NCBI GenBank assembly: GCA_018897555.1
Contig: JAHIKK010000112.1
Location: 12,275-76,274 of the forward strand
Direction of reading: 5' to 3'
From: Candidatus Omnitrophota bacterium
Lineage (GTDB): Bacteria > Omnitrophota > Gorgyraeia > Gygaellales > Profunditerraquicolaceae
Length of the DNA: 64,000 nt
Shown here: piece by piece, positions 18,348 to 27,770 of the stretch
Numbering within the stretch: the stretch's first letter is position 1
How the letters are laid out: each line of letters opens with the position of its first letter
Position numbers and translations under genes: made by a program
Notes under the pieces: model-generated
The model's database searches: none
The model's input: only the letters and a program-made list of their open reading frames with translations
What the model was told of the DNA's origin: nothing

Positions 18348-21247
18348 GCTGCTTGGGGACAGATTTGATTATAGGCGCAATAGGCGCAAGCCTTGTATTC
18401 GGGTTTAGCCGGATAATCTTGCTGGCGAATCCCCGCGGAAACCTCCAGGATATCCTCTTGAACATCATCTAAGTCCTCTTCGGCTAGCTCATGCCTGCCG
18501 ATAATCCCGGATTCCAGAAAATATAGCTCCACCGCTGCCGGCAAAACCCCGAAAATATGCTGGTAAGCTAAAGCATAAAGCGATAACTGCTTGCTTTCTT
18601 TGACCCGCTTATCCGCATCCTTCTGGGCCTTAATCGCTGAAGTCTTAAAATCCATAATCACCGCTCTATCCTTTTCCATATCTATACGATCAAACCTGCC
18701 AATGATCTTATTGTTGCCAATAACAAAAGAAAATTCTTTTTCAATGAATTTAGGAACCGAACCGCGTTTTTCTTCATCCTTATAAAACCTGACTAAAGCC
18801 TCCCTGCCGATGCGGAAACGTTCCTCTTGATGCTTAGCATCCAGAAACCCCTGAGGATCAAAATTAGCTTCAAAGCAATCCAGGAGTTGATCCAGGGTAA
18901 ACTTACTGCCATCAAGCTTACGCAGCAAATACTGGCTTACCGCCTCATGCATGGCCCGGCCGTAGATAACCGTATGATGCTCCATAATCGGCACGCGCAG
19001 AATATTCACATATTTATATTTTAAAGGGCAGGTCAGATAATCATCAATCTGATAATAACTTAAGGAGAGTAACTTATCTTCGGCAATTTTGGGAAGAACG
19101 GATCTGGGCAACTCCTTAAACGGAGCAAAACGCTGGATACTCTCCAGGCTGGGAGTCTTTTTCTTTTCCGCGGCCTCAGGCTGTTTACCTAAAGCCTCCG
19201 GCACAAACTGGCTCACCTTGCGTAAACGCTTGCCGCCATAATCATCAGCACTGGTCAGATATAATTCCTCTTTAGAACGCGTCATCCCCACGTAAAAAAG
19301 CCGGCGCTCCTCCTGCGTATGAAAATCTCCGGTAGGAAGAACTTCTTTAATCAGAGCATCCGGCAATTCAATCTGCTGCGAACGTTTCGGCAGCGGAAAT
19401 TTACCCTGCACCAGGCTGACTAAAAATACCACTCTAAATTCCAGGCCTTTAGCTTTATGAATAGTCAGAATATTCACCGCATCCTGGTCTAAGTCCGCCT
19501 CCACTGTCGGCGGGTCATCTCCGGAATCAATCAACAGATTAAGATGCTGGATAAAATTAATTACCCGGTCCTCTTTGGCGATCAATTCATAATTACGCAC
19601 CTGATTAAAAAATTTAGCAATATTCTGAATTTTAGTTTCTTTTTCTAAAGTAGGGTCGTACGTTAAATATTTAAGATAACCGGTATCAGTAAGAAAACTG
19701 TAAAGCAGCCTGCCGGTAGTCTCATCACGGGAAACCTGCAGAAATTTTTCAATCTCAAGAAGTATCTGTTTAATTTTATCTTTAGTTTGATCCTGCACGC
19801 CCGATAACTCCGGGATTTTTTCTAAATCGCTAAACACCGCATAAAGCGTACGGTTCCTGCGCCGGGCAAAATGATTGCATAACGCCAAATCCGCTAAATT
19901 TACTTTATAAATATCCGAGCTTACCAGGTAATATAAACTTAATGAATCCGAAGGATTGGCAATTACGCGCAGAAAATTAATACACAACTTAACCTCGCCC
20001 CGGGCATATAAACCCTGATTGCCGCTAAACTGCCAGGGAATATTCTGCATATTTAACGACTGGATAAAACTTTGCGCATCGGAATTGGAGCGCACCAAAA
20101 TGGCAAAATCCCTATACTTAAACTTACCTAAACTTACTTTATCTTGTATAATCTTACTTACATTATCAGCTTCAGCGGAGTGGGTGTCAAAGTGTAAATG
20201 CACTGGCTTTGCGCCATCCTTAGTCAAACTAATCAGATGTTTATCGATTTTGGCTTTTACCTCAAAACGCTCCGGATTATTATTTTGAATTAATTGATAG
20301 GCACTATCTAAAATTACCTGGGTAGAACGATAATTCTGAATCAGGGTAATTTTTGCCGCGCCAGGATACTCTTGGTTGAAATTTACCAGATTACTATAGG
20401 CAGCTCCGCGCCAGCGATAGATGCACTGATCATCATCTCCGACAACGGTAACATTTTTTAAACTGCCGGCAAGAAGTTTTACCAGCTGAAACTGCGCAAA
20501 GTTGGTATCCTGAAACTCATCGACTAAAATATATTTAAATTGTTTCTGATAATTTTGCAAAACCAAAGGATGCTCACGCAATAGCTGTAAGCTTAAATAA
20601 AACTGATTGCCAAAATCCACCAGGCCTTCTTTAGCCAAAAGTTCCTGATATTTAACATAGACCGAAGCCACCTCCATCTGCTGCGCTGCCAACTCTGCAT
20701 TGGCTAAATCCTGCGGATCAGCTTTAGCCTGAATTAAAAAATCCTGGGCATATTTTAAATACTCCTGAGGCGAAATATCTTCATCTTTGGCCCGGCTAAA
20801 AAATGAAATCAGCGCTTCGATAAAACGGGTAGGTTCAGCCAGCGGCCGGTAATAATCAAGCGTAAATTCAAAGAGGTGTTCGCGGAAAAATACGGCGGCT
20901 TCCGGCTGAGCCAACACCTTAAAATCCGGATTTAATCCGGCGACTAAAGCATTCTCGCGTAAAATACGATCACCAAAAGCATGAAATGTAGAGATCCAGG
21001 TATCGGTATAACCGTAAGGCATGAGAATATCCACCCGCTCCTGCATCTCTTTAGCTGCCTTATCCGTAAAAGTAAGCGCTAAGATTTCATCGGTCTTCGC
21101 CAGCCCCTGGTTGATCAACCAGCCGATGCGCTGAGTAATCATGCGCGTCTTGCCGGTTCCGGCGCCGGCAATAATCAACAGCGGCCCGTCTTTATGCGTA
21201 ACCGCCTGCGCCTGCTCCCGGTTTAATCCCTCTAATACTTTATCCAT
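18341..21247 (-). CDS. UvrD/PcrA-type helicase with C-terminal PD-(D/E)XK nuclease domain (AddA-like)
   Basis: Walker A AGAGTGKT, UvrD helicase motifs, C-terminal Cas4/AddB-like nuclease with Cys cluster (C...CAYCAYNQICP). Confidence 0.8.
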   Translation of the reverse strand: MDKVLEGLNREQAQAVTHKDGPLLIIAGAGTGKTRMITQRIGWLINQGLAKTDEILALTFTDKAAKEMQERVDILMPYGYTDTWISTFHAFGDRILRENALVAGLNPDFKVLAQPEAAVFFREHLFEFTLDYYRPLAEPTRFIEALISFFSRAKDEDISPQEYLKYAQDFLIQAKADPQDLANAELAAQQMEVASVYVKYQELLAKEGLVDFGNQFYLSLQLLREHPLVLQNYQKQFKYILVDEFQDTNFAQFQLVKLLAGSLKNVTVVGDDDQCIYRWRGAAYSNLVNFNQEYPGAAKITLIQNYRSTQVILDSAYQLIQNNNPERFEVKAKIDKHLISLTKDGAKPVHLHFDTHSAEADNVSKIIQDKVSLGKFKYRDFAILVRSNSDAQSFIQSLNMQNIPWQFSGNQGLYARGEVKLCINFLRVIANPSDSLSLYYLVSSDIYKVNLADLALCNHFARRRNRTLYAVFSDLEKIPELSGVQDQTKDKIKQILLEIEKFLQVSRDETTGRLLYSFLTDTGYLKYLTYDPTLEKETKIQNIAKFFNQVRNYELIAKEDRVINFIQHLNLLIDSGDDPPTVEADLDQDAVNILTIHKAKGLEFRVVFLVSLVQGKFPLPKRSQQIELPDALIKEVLPTGDFHTQEERRLFYVGMTRSKEELYLTSADDYGGKRLRKVSQFVPEALGKQPEAAEKKKTPSLESIQRFAPFKELPRSVLPKIAEDKLLSLSYYQIDDYLTCPLKYKYVNILRVPIMEHHTVIYGRAMHEAVSQYLLRKLDGSKFTLDQLLDCFEANFDPQGFLDAKHQEERFRIGREALVRFYKDEEKRGSVPKFIEKEFSFVIGNNKIIGRFDRIDMEKDRAVIMDFKTSAIKAQKDADKRVKESKQLSLYALAYQHIFGVLPAAVELYFLESGIIGRHELAEEDLDDVQEDILEVSAGIRQQDYPAKPEYKACAYCAYNQICPQAAK

Positions 21248-21267
21248 AATCTCTAACTTTGTTATAT

Positions 21268-22305
21268 TTAATCTTTATTAATCACCTGGATCATTTCACA
21301 AAGCCGGCCAAAATCACGCAGATTAAAGTTCATCACTAACCGTGGTAAATTAAGAAATTCTTTTTCCTGGATTTCTTTGGAGGTGGGAGGCGAAACTTTA
21401 ATTTCACCGCTGGTCAAAATATCTTTAAATTTTTTATTTATAAACTTCAGCGTCTTTTCAGAGATCTGGCGGTTTAACCTTATTACCGCCAGGCCCAAAA
21501 CATACCTTATCGAGTGATATACCCGGTAAAAATCCTCGATATAGCTGACTGCTTGATCCGCAGTTTTTACAATCGCAAAAAGGCTAAGATCTTCTTTATT
21601 AATAAATCCTTTTTTAACCAACTGGCTCTTTACAAAATGCATCCAGCTGGTCCAATAGGTTGATCCTTTCGGCTCCATTAAAACTATCGGCCGGGGGCGG
21701 GATTTACCGGTTTGCACCAAGGTAATCATTTCAAACCCCTCATCCAGCGTGCCAAATCCCCCCGGAAAAAGAGCAGTGGCATCCGTCTCTTTAACAAAAA
21801 TCAATTTTCGGGTAAAGAAATATTTAAAGTTGATCAATTTTTCTTTTTCGTCAATGTAGGGGTTGGGTTTTTGTTCAAAGGGCAGGCGGATATTCAGCGC
21901 AAAATCCTTGCTGCTTCCGGCCCCCTTATTCCCGGCCTCCATTACCCCGGGGCCTCCGCCGGTTACAATCATATAACCTTTTTCGGTTAACTTCCGGGAG
22001 AGCTCTTCTGCCATTTTATATTCAGCAGAATTATTTTTTGAGCGGGCTGAACCAAAAATAATTACCTTTTTAATAGCCCGATACGGAGAAAATACCTTAA
22101 AAGAATAACGCAGTTCCTTAAGCGTATTATTTGCCAGCTTCAGGTCTCCTCGATCGATAGACTCCTTGCCCAATTTAACACTGGTAGTTAATATTTCGCG
22201 TAATAAATGCTCCGTTTCCAGGGAACCGGATTTCCTGGCAAGTTCAGCAATCAAGTTATCCATAACCTGATCCCCAACTTCATAATCTTTTAAAAACCTA
22301 TCCAT
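21268..22305 (-). CDS. LOG-family (TIGR00730) nucleotide 5'-monophosphate nucleosidase, long PpnN-like form
   Basis: IFGSARSK...GGGPGVMEAGNKGA...PGGFGTLDEGFE LOG motifs with N- and C-terminal extensions. Confidence 0.7.
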   Translation of the reverse strand: MDRFLKDYEVGDQVMDNLIAELARKSGSLETEHLLREILTTSVKLGKESIDRGDLKLANNTLKELRYSFKVFSPYRAIKKVIIFGSARSKNNSAEYKMAEELSRKLTEKGYMIVTGGGPGVMEAGNKGAGSSKDFALNIRLPFEQKPNPYIDEKEKLINFKYFFTRKLIFVKETDATALFPGGFGTLDEGFEMITLVQTGKSRPRPIVLMEPKGSTYWTSWMHFVKSQLVKKGFINKEDLSLFAIVKTADQAVSYIEDFYRVYHSIRYVLGLAVIRLNRQISEKTLKFINKKFKDILTSGEIKVSPPTSKEIQEKEFLNLPRLVMNFNLRDFGRLCEMIQVINKD

Positions 22306-22333
22306 TATTTACCCTCCCATCCACCTGCCTGCT

Positions 22334-22570
22334 TCAATAATTAAAAAGATCCTTTAATACATACTGTTTACCTGAAACCTTATTCAAAGCATTAAGCAGC
22401 CGGTATTGTATTTTCAAATTCAAACGCCTGCCCCTGGCCGCACGCGAAACCATTTTATGCGTAATCTGCTCAGTGGAATTACTTACCAGATCATGAGACT
22501 TAAACCCATGTTCAGCCATGATTCTGGCAATCGGCTGCTCCCCAAGGTCTCGTTGGATTTCGTTATTCAT
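22334..22570 (-). CDS. Hypothetical 78-aa protein
   Basis: ORF whose ATG overlaps the TGA of the upstream Bro-N gene (ATGA) and lies inside repeat copy R1. Confidence 0.4.
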   Translation of the reverse strand: MNNEIQRDLGEQPIARIMAEHGFKSHDLVSNSTEQITHKMVSRAARGRRLNLKIQYRLLNALNKVSGKQYVLKDLFNY

Positions 22571-23208
22571 GATAAAAATAGAAACGGTCCCATTATTCCT
22601 TCACGTTTTAACCGTTTTATCTTCATATATTGACTAGGCGTAACTCCAAAGGTAGCTTTGGAGATTTCTGCTGTTAAAATTTCGTAATCCTTTTTCTCTT
22701 GTGCCCCGCGTTTCTGCCATTCATCCGTAAGCTCTTCACGAATAGCAATACCCCGCATTCTTTTCTCAATCCAATCATCAGGATAACCTTTAAGCTTGTA
22801 AAGCATCCTTGTTCTTTTTGTAGCAAGCTCAGGATTTTCAATCTCCTGAATACGTTCATAGCCAACTTTCGCTAACCAACGTTTAAATAGCTCAGCTTTA
22901 GGAGATGGCACTGACTGAACAATACGAAAAATACCTTCTGTATTAGCGCAATCGGTCTCGTATTTTTTGCCGTCAGACGCTTCTAATTTGAGTCCGTGAC
23001 AAAATGTCACGACCTCGCTACCTTCCTCTCTTAATCTTTGTTTTAATTTACGCCAATAAGCGCCCGCATCAATACTGTCCGTTAATACTCCGCACACATC
23101 CGCAACGGAAAACCACCACTCATTCTTATGAATGGTTTTTCGTACCTTCTTACCTTTAAATATCGCTATCTTTGTCTCCATACTCCCCTCCTTTTCCTGC
23201 GTTATCAT
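22567..23208 (-). CDS. Bro-N domain protein (DinD / phage antirepressor-like)
   Basis: KIAIFKGKKVRKTIHKNEWWFSVADVCGVL matches the BRO-N fold; its last 8 codons (MGPFLFLS*) are encoded by the repeat element itself. Confidence 0.6.
   Translation of the reverse strand: MITQEKEGSMETKIAIFKGKKVRKTIHKNEWWFSVADVCGVLTDSIDAGAYWRKLKQRLREEGSEVVTFCHGLKLEASDGKKYETDCANTEGIFRIVQSVPSPKAELFKRWLAKVGYERIQEIENPELATKRTRMLYKLKGYPDDWIEKRMRGIAIREELTDEWQKRGAQEKKDYEILTAEISKATFGVTPSQYMKIKRLKREGIMGPFLFLS
22571..22599 (+). repeat. Repeat family copy R1 (gataaaaatagaaacggtcccattattcc)
   Basis: 24/24 identity with 23483-23506; same family as 55304-55327 and 57065-57090. Confidence 0.7.
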
Positions 23209-23221
23209 TACTTTCTCCTTA

Positions 23222-23461
23222 CTATAACTGACGCAGAAAAGGCCAAAATCTAACAGAAATTATCGTTACCGTAGCTAAAACAACTAAAAATATCCCCATT
23301 ATTTTATTATTGCGAATTTCTTTTTGCATAGAGATAGGTTCAATCCGCCAATTGATCCTTTCATAGAATTTCTTTTGGATTTCAATAGTCAGTTCTGGCT
23401 TAAAGAAAACGAATAGACCAACTATTATGCCAATCACAGAAATTAAAATTGGGGCAAGCAT
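23222..23461 (-). CDS. Small membrane protein (2 TM helices)
   Basis: 79 aa, two hydrophobic helices, GAGGAG RBS upstream. Confidence 0.4.
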   Translation of the reverse strand: MLAPILISVIGIIVGLFVFFKPELTIEIQKKFYERINWRIEPISMQKEIRNNKIMGIFLVVLATVTIISVRFWPFLRQL

Positions 23462-23482
23462 ATTGATCTCCTCTCAGGAATA

Positions 23483-23519
23483 GATAAAAATAGAAACGGT
23501 CCCATTGTTTCATTATTTC
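23483..23519 (+). repeat. Repeat family copy R2 (gataaaaatagaaacggtcccattgtttcattatttc); direct repeat of R1
   Basis: Direct-orientation copy; R1/R2 bracket the Bro-N gene and the 79-aa membrane protein gene. Confidence 0.7.
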
Positions 23520-23588
23520 GAAGTATCGCTCTTTTCTTATGCCCAAAAAGTGCCCAATTTATTCAATAATTTTCCTTAATGTATATTA

Positions 23589-23655
23589 GCGGGTGACGAT
23601 GGCTGGATTCGAGGACGCTTCAGGCGGCCGAGAAACAGGCATCGGCAGGACCCGC
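23589..23655 (+). other. GC-rich structured element A (gcgggtgac...ggcaggacccgc closing stem), candidate small RNA or structured repeat
   Basis: ~67 nt at >60% GC in an AT-rich intergenic region; 6-bp closing helix gcgggt/acccgc plus internal cgatg/catcg pairing; 23666-23695 then forms atcct-tc-gggcc-tac-ggccc-tc-aggat. Confidence 0.3.
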
Positions 23656-23703
23656 ATAAACCGAGATCCTTCGGGCCTACGGCCCTCAGGATGACAGTAT
23701 ATC

Positions 23704-23731
23704 TTGACAACGCCGGAATTTCAAGTATACT
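23704..23731 (+). promoter_or_regulatory. Sigma70-type promoter for rpmB (TTGACA-16nt-TATACT)
   Basis: Consensus -35 and near-consensus -10 about 40 nt upstream of the rpmB AAGGAG RBS. Confidence 0.6.
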
Positions 23732-23770
23732 TAATAAAATTAAAGAATAAATCTATAAGGAGTTCTAAAA

Positions 23771-24025
23771 ATGCTTAGAAAATGCGTAATCTGCAAAAAG
23801 GGTGCACTTCAAGGAAAAGTATTGGCCAGAAAAGGCCAATATAAAGCCAAGGGCGGTACAGGCTCAAAGATCGCCCGCTGGAGCAAACGTAAATTTTTCC
23901 CAAATCTACAAAAAGTAAAAATTTTAGTTGATGGTACATCGCATCGGGTATTCATCTGCACCAAATGCATCAAAAAAGGTGATTTCAAAAAAGCCACTCC
24001 CAGAAAACTTAAAATCACTACTTAA
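23771..24025 (+). CDS. rpmB: 50S ribosomal protein L28
   Basis: CxxC...KFFPNLQKVKILVDG...CTKCIKKG zinc-ribbon L28 signature. Confidence 0.85.
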   Translation: MLRKCVICKKGALQGKVLARKGQYKAKGGTGSKIARWSKRKFFPNLQKVKILVDGTSHRVFICTKCIKKGDFKKATPRKLKITT

Positions 24026-25706
24026 AAAATATATCCTTAGCCTCCAGGATCATTGATTCTTCCTGGCGCCAACTATCTATTTTAGGGGTATAGACCAGGT
24101 CAAAAGAATCTGCCTGTAATAAACTCTCTCTTAAACTACTCATCCCAAAAGCAATTACCTCCAGAGTAGTCTTTCCATCCGTTGCCCAGAATTTTAAAGT
24201 CCCGCGGTTTAAAAGTTGCACCTGGCCTTTAAGCTTGAGCGCGCGGGTATAAAACAAAGGCTCCGGATTAGCCATGCCAAACGGCTCCAACAGCTCTAAC
24301 TCCTTAACCAGTGATTCATTTAAATCACTTAAAATCAGCTCCGCATCAATATCTCTGCTCGGAAGTAAATCCTCTAAAGTCAACCGGTCGCTGGCCAGCT
24401 TATTAATACTCTTTCTGAATTCATCGATATTATCTTTAGTAATTAACAACCCGGCAGCATGGGCGTGGCCGCCAAAACTATTCAAGAGCTCCTTAGAGTC
24501 CATTAACGCGTCAAAAAGATGGAAATTCTTAATTGAACGCGCCGACCCCTTACACAAATCTTCTTTTATGGAAATCACAATCGCCGGCCGGTAAAACCTA
24601 TCTGCCAGCTTGGAGGCCACAATCCCTAAAACACCCTGATGCCAATCTTCTTTGGCAATCACAATAACCTTATTCTCTTTAAAATTCATCTGCTGGTTAA
24701 TCAACTCCTCGGCTTCCTCCAAAATCTTACTTTCAATCTTCTGGCGCTGGCGGTTAAACTTCTCCAGCTCTAAAGCGAGATCTTGCGCATCTTGAGTATT
24801 CTGACACATCAAGAGCTTGAGTGACACTTCAGCATAATCCATGCGGCCGGGAGCATTTAGCCTGGGAGCAATAATAAAACTGACATAGGTAGAATTGAAT
24901 TTTTTATTTTCAATTCCCGCATTTTCAATGATCGCCCGCAGCCCCAATCTTTTGGTTTGCGGCAGCCTGGCCAGCCCCTCTCTGGCAATAATCCTATTTT
25001 CACCGGTTAAAGGCACACTGTCAGCGATCGTACCTAAAGTAACTAAATCCAAATCATCAACTAATAAAGAACCGGTTACTGCTTGGGCGAATTTATAAGC
25101 TACTCCCACTCCGGCCAATTCCCTATAGGGATAACCTGAATGCTTAACCTTAGGATTAATAATGCTGGAGGCTGCAGGCAGATTGGAATCCTGCGGCTCA
25201 TGATGATCCGTAACAATCACATCAATGTTTGCCTGCCGGAGAGCCTCTATTTCTTTATGGTTGGCGATGCCGCAATCAGCGGTCAGGATAAGCTTTACTC
25301 GGTTTTCCCTGGCAAACCGGACAATCTCCGGATTTAAACCATAACCTTCATTAACCCGATGCGGAATATGATGCAGGACTTCCAGGCCCATGCCCATAAG
25401 CGCGTTTTTAAGTACGACCGTACTGGTTATCCCGTCAACATCATAGTCGCCAAAAACCATTACCTTTTCTTTATTCTCTTGCGCCTTCTTCACCAGGCTA
25501 ATGGCGCCAGGCATATCCGAAAACAAGTGCGGACTGAACAAATCACTAATGGTATCTTTGAGAAATTTTCCGGCGGCGGCAATGGTAGTTATCTTACGGT
25601 TAATCAAAATCTGAGCCAATACTTTAGAAATGCCCAATTCTTTAGAAAACTGATTTTGTAAGGAAATATTAGGAGTGGCTAATCTTAGGATGGAATGGCT
25701 GGACAT
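24018..25706 (-). CDS. recJ: Single-stranded-DNA-specific exonuclease RecJ
   Basis: DHH motifs (VFGDYDVDGITS, DHH) and DHHA1 domain; 562 aa; 3' end convergently overlaps rpmB by 8 nt. Confidence 0.9.
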   Translation of the reverse strand: MSSHSILRLATPNISLQNQFSKELGISKVLAQILINRKITTIAAAGKFLKDTISDLFSPHLFSDMPGAISLVKKAQENKEKVMVFGDYDVDGITSTVVLKNALMGMGLEVLHHIPHRVNEGYGLNPEIVRFARENRVKLILTADCGIANHKEIEALRQANIDVIVTDHHEPQDSNLPAASSIINPKVKHSGYPYRELAGVGVAYKFAQAVTGSLLVDDLDLVTLGTIADSVPLTGENRIIAREGLARLPQTKRLGLRAIIENAGIENKKFNSTYVSFIIAPRLNAPGRMDYAEVSLKLLMCQNTQDAQDLALELEKFNRQRQKIESKILEEAEELINQQMNFKENKVIVIAKEDWHQGVLGIVASKLADRFYRPAIVISIKEDLCKGSARSIKNFHLFDALMDSKELLNSFGGHAHAAGLLITKDNIDEFRKSINKLASDRLTLEDLLPSRDIDAELILSDLNESLVKELELLEPFGMANPEPLFYTRALKLKGQVQLLNRGTLKFWATDGKTTLEVIAFGMSSLRESLLQADSFDLVYTPKIDSWRQEESMILEAKDIFFK

Positions 25707-27377
25707 TTACATCTTTTCCGGTTGAGTTATCCCTAACAACCCTAATCCGCTTGCTAAAACAATTTTTACTCCTTTAATCAAGGCGAGCCGGGCGCCGGTT
25801 AAGGCGTCATCCTGGCCTAAAACGCGGTGTAGATCATAAAATTTATGGAAACTTTCAGAGAGCTCCTGAAGATACACTGTAAGCATATACGGATCAGAAG
25901 TAACCAAACAAATATTTAAAGTCGCCTCAAACTCCAACAATTTTTTAATCAGGCTCAGCTCTTCCTTCTCGCCAAGCACAGAGAGATCTAAATCATCTTT
26001 AATGGTTACCGAACTGCTGCGTAATATGCTGCAGATTCGCGCATGGGCATACTGGACATAATAAACCGGGTTTTCTGAGGATTGTTTTTTGGCTACCTCT
26101 AAATCAAAATCCAAATGGCTCGATGTCCGGCGCATTAAAAAGAAAAATCTTGCGGCATCCGCGCCCACTTCATCTAAAACCTCCCGCAAAGTTATATATT
26201 GTCCGCGCCGCGTGGACATTTGAATCTCCTGTCCATTCCTAAAAATAGTCGCTAACTGGACGATAACTATGGAGAGATCATCCTTCTTATGTCCAAACGC
26301 CTCAATCGAAGCCTTGATCCGGTTAATATAGCCGTGATGATCCGGGCCCCAAAGATTAATTAACCAGCTATAACCCCGTTTAAATTTATCCTCGTGATAC
26401 GCAATGTCCGGAGCTAAATACGTCTGGCTGCCATCACTTTTAATAATTACCCGGTCTTTATCATCGCCAAAAGCCGTGGATTTAAACCAAAGCGCTCCGT
26501 CCTGCTCGTACAAAAATCCTTTTTGCTTTAATTGCTCAAACCCTTGCTCGACTTTGCCGCTTTTAGCCAGCTCCTTTTGCGAATACCAGCAGTCAAATTT
26601 AACCCCGAAATCATCCAGCTCCTGTTTAATTATCTTCAGGATATGGCCAGCGGCAAAATCACCCAGATCTTCTTCTTTAATTTTCTTATTATCCGCTTCT
26701 TGGGCGATATCTTTAATGTAATCACCCTGATAATAGTTCTGTGGAAACTCGATACTTTCGCCCTTTAATTCTTTAAGCCGTAACTGGACAGACTTGCCCA
26801 AAATATTAATCTGATTGCCTTCATCATTAAGATAATATTCCCGGCTAACCTTAAAACCGATAAAAGACAAAACATTGGCCAGGCAATCCCCGACTGCTGC
26901 CTGACGGGCATGGGCAACCGATAAAGAACCGGTGGGATTGGCGCTGACAAACTCAATTAAGACTTTTTTGCCTTTTCCTAAATCTATCTTTAATGCCTCT
27001 TTGCCTTGAGTGATTATTCTGCGCAGCTTTTCATAAAAGTAATTTTCCTGAAGATAGAAGTTTACAAACCCGGCGCCCTCCACTTTTACCTGGGTGATTA
27101 AATCTTTTAAATCTGCGTTGTTTTTTATTTCCTTCCGGATAGACTCAACCAACTGGCTGGCAATAACCCGCGGCGGCTGCTTTAGCTCTTTACTTAATTT
27201 TAAAGCAATGTTGGTGGTAAAGTCGCCGAAGCGTTTATCGGTAGGAAGCTCAAGAAAAATATCATCCTTATAATCAGCGGCCAGGCCTGAATGCGCAAGG
27301 CTGGCGTTGACTAAAGCAATAAGCTCTTGCTGAATATCATTCTTCATTTTTTTATTTATAAATTGCGGTTGGTGCAA
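25707..27377 (-). CDS. argS: Arginine--tRNA ligase
   Basis: N-terminal Arg_tRNA_synt_N, class I HIGH-like (PTGSLSVAHAR) and DALR anticodon-binding domain. Confidence 0.95.
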   Translation of the reverse strand: MHQPQFINKKMKNDIQQELIALVNASLAHSGLAADYKDDIFLELPTDKRFGDFTTNIALKLSKELKQPPRVIASQLVESIRKEIKNNADLKDLITQVKVEGAGFVNFYLQENYFYEKLRRIITQGKEALKIDLGKGKKVLIEFVSANPTGSLSVAHARQAAVGDCLANVLSFIGFKVSREYYLNDEGNQINILGKSVQLRLKELKGESIEFPQNYYQGDYIKDIAQEADNKKIKEEDLGDFAAGHILKIIKQELDDFGVKFDCWYSQKELAKSGKVEQGFEQLKQKGFLYEQDGALWFKSTAFGDDKDRVIIKSDGSQTYLAPDIAYHEDKFKRGYSWLINLWGPDHHGYINRIKASIEAFGHKKDDLSIVIVQLATIFRNGQEIQMSTRRGQYITLREVLDEVGADAARFFFLMRRTSSHLDFDLEVAKKQSSENPVYYVQYAHARICSILRSSSVTIKDDLDLSVLGEKEELSLIKKLLEFEATLNICLVTSDPYMLTVYLQELSESFHKFYDLHRVLGQDDALTGARLALIKGVKIVLASGLGLLGITQPEKM

Positions 27378-27388
27378 ATAGGGGTAAG

Positions 27389-27754
27389 TTATTTCTTAGG
27401 GGACAGGACTCTTACCTTTTTAGCGTCAGACCAAAGCCCCTCTAAAGAATAAAACTCTCTCACCGGTTTATAGAACGCATGCGCGATTACTGAAACGTAA
27501 TCCAGGGCTATCCAGCCCGATTCATCGTTCGGAGAAACCTTAGAGAGAGTTTTTATTTTTTGTTTTTCCAGATCTTCCTGAATTGCCTGAGCAATCGCGG
27601 TAGCCTGCCTTAAGGAATTACCGCTGGCAATCACAAAGTAATCGCAAAACCCGGCTACCTTGGAAACATCAAGAATAATAACCTTTTCGGCTTTTTTAGA
27701 TTTGGCAACCCAGGCGATACGTTGCGCTAAAGTCTTTGAGTCTATTTTTTTACT
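27389..27754 (-). CDS. rsfS: Ribosome silencing factor RsfS (Iojap family); start codon uncertain
   Basis: Track ORF starts at GTG 27634 (81 aa), but the open frame continues upstream and encodes the conserved RsfS N-terminus (...VIILDVSKVAGFCDYFVIASGNS...) with no in-frame ATG/GTG/TTG; an AGGAG RBS sits 8 nt before an in-frame ATA at 27743-27745. Confidence 0.55.
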   Translation of the reverse strand, partial: SKKIDSKTLAQRIAWVAKSKKAEKVIILDVSKVAGFCDYFVIASGNSLRQATAIAQAIQEDLEKQKIKTLSKVSPNDESGWIALDYVSVIAHAFYKPVREFYSLEGLWSDAKKVRVLSPKK

Positions 27755-27770
27755 CCTATTCTTTAAGCAG

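Noticed and set aside
17551-18468. Long plsC ORF overlapping the helicase gene by 128 nt
   Set aside because: The N-terminal 63 residues have no acyltransferase homology and overlap a well-supported gene. An internal Met with membrane anchor chosen.
22334-23461. Defense or toxin function for the Bro-N cassette (e.g. Thoeris-like because of the adjacent LOG/SLOG-fold gene)
   Set aside because: The LOG protein has the housekeeping PpnN/TIGR00730 motifs (PGGFGTLDEGFE) and no SIR2/TIR partner. No evidence beyond adjacency.
23589-23760. tmRNA / SRP RNA / RNase P RNA in GC-rich element A
   Set aside because: None of the conserved motifs (SRP GGAAGCAGC region, RNase P AGGAAAGTCCGGGCTCC, tmRNA tRNA-like ends) are present. 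Left as unclassified.
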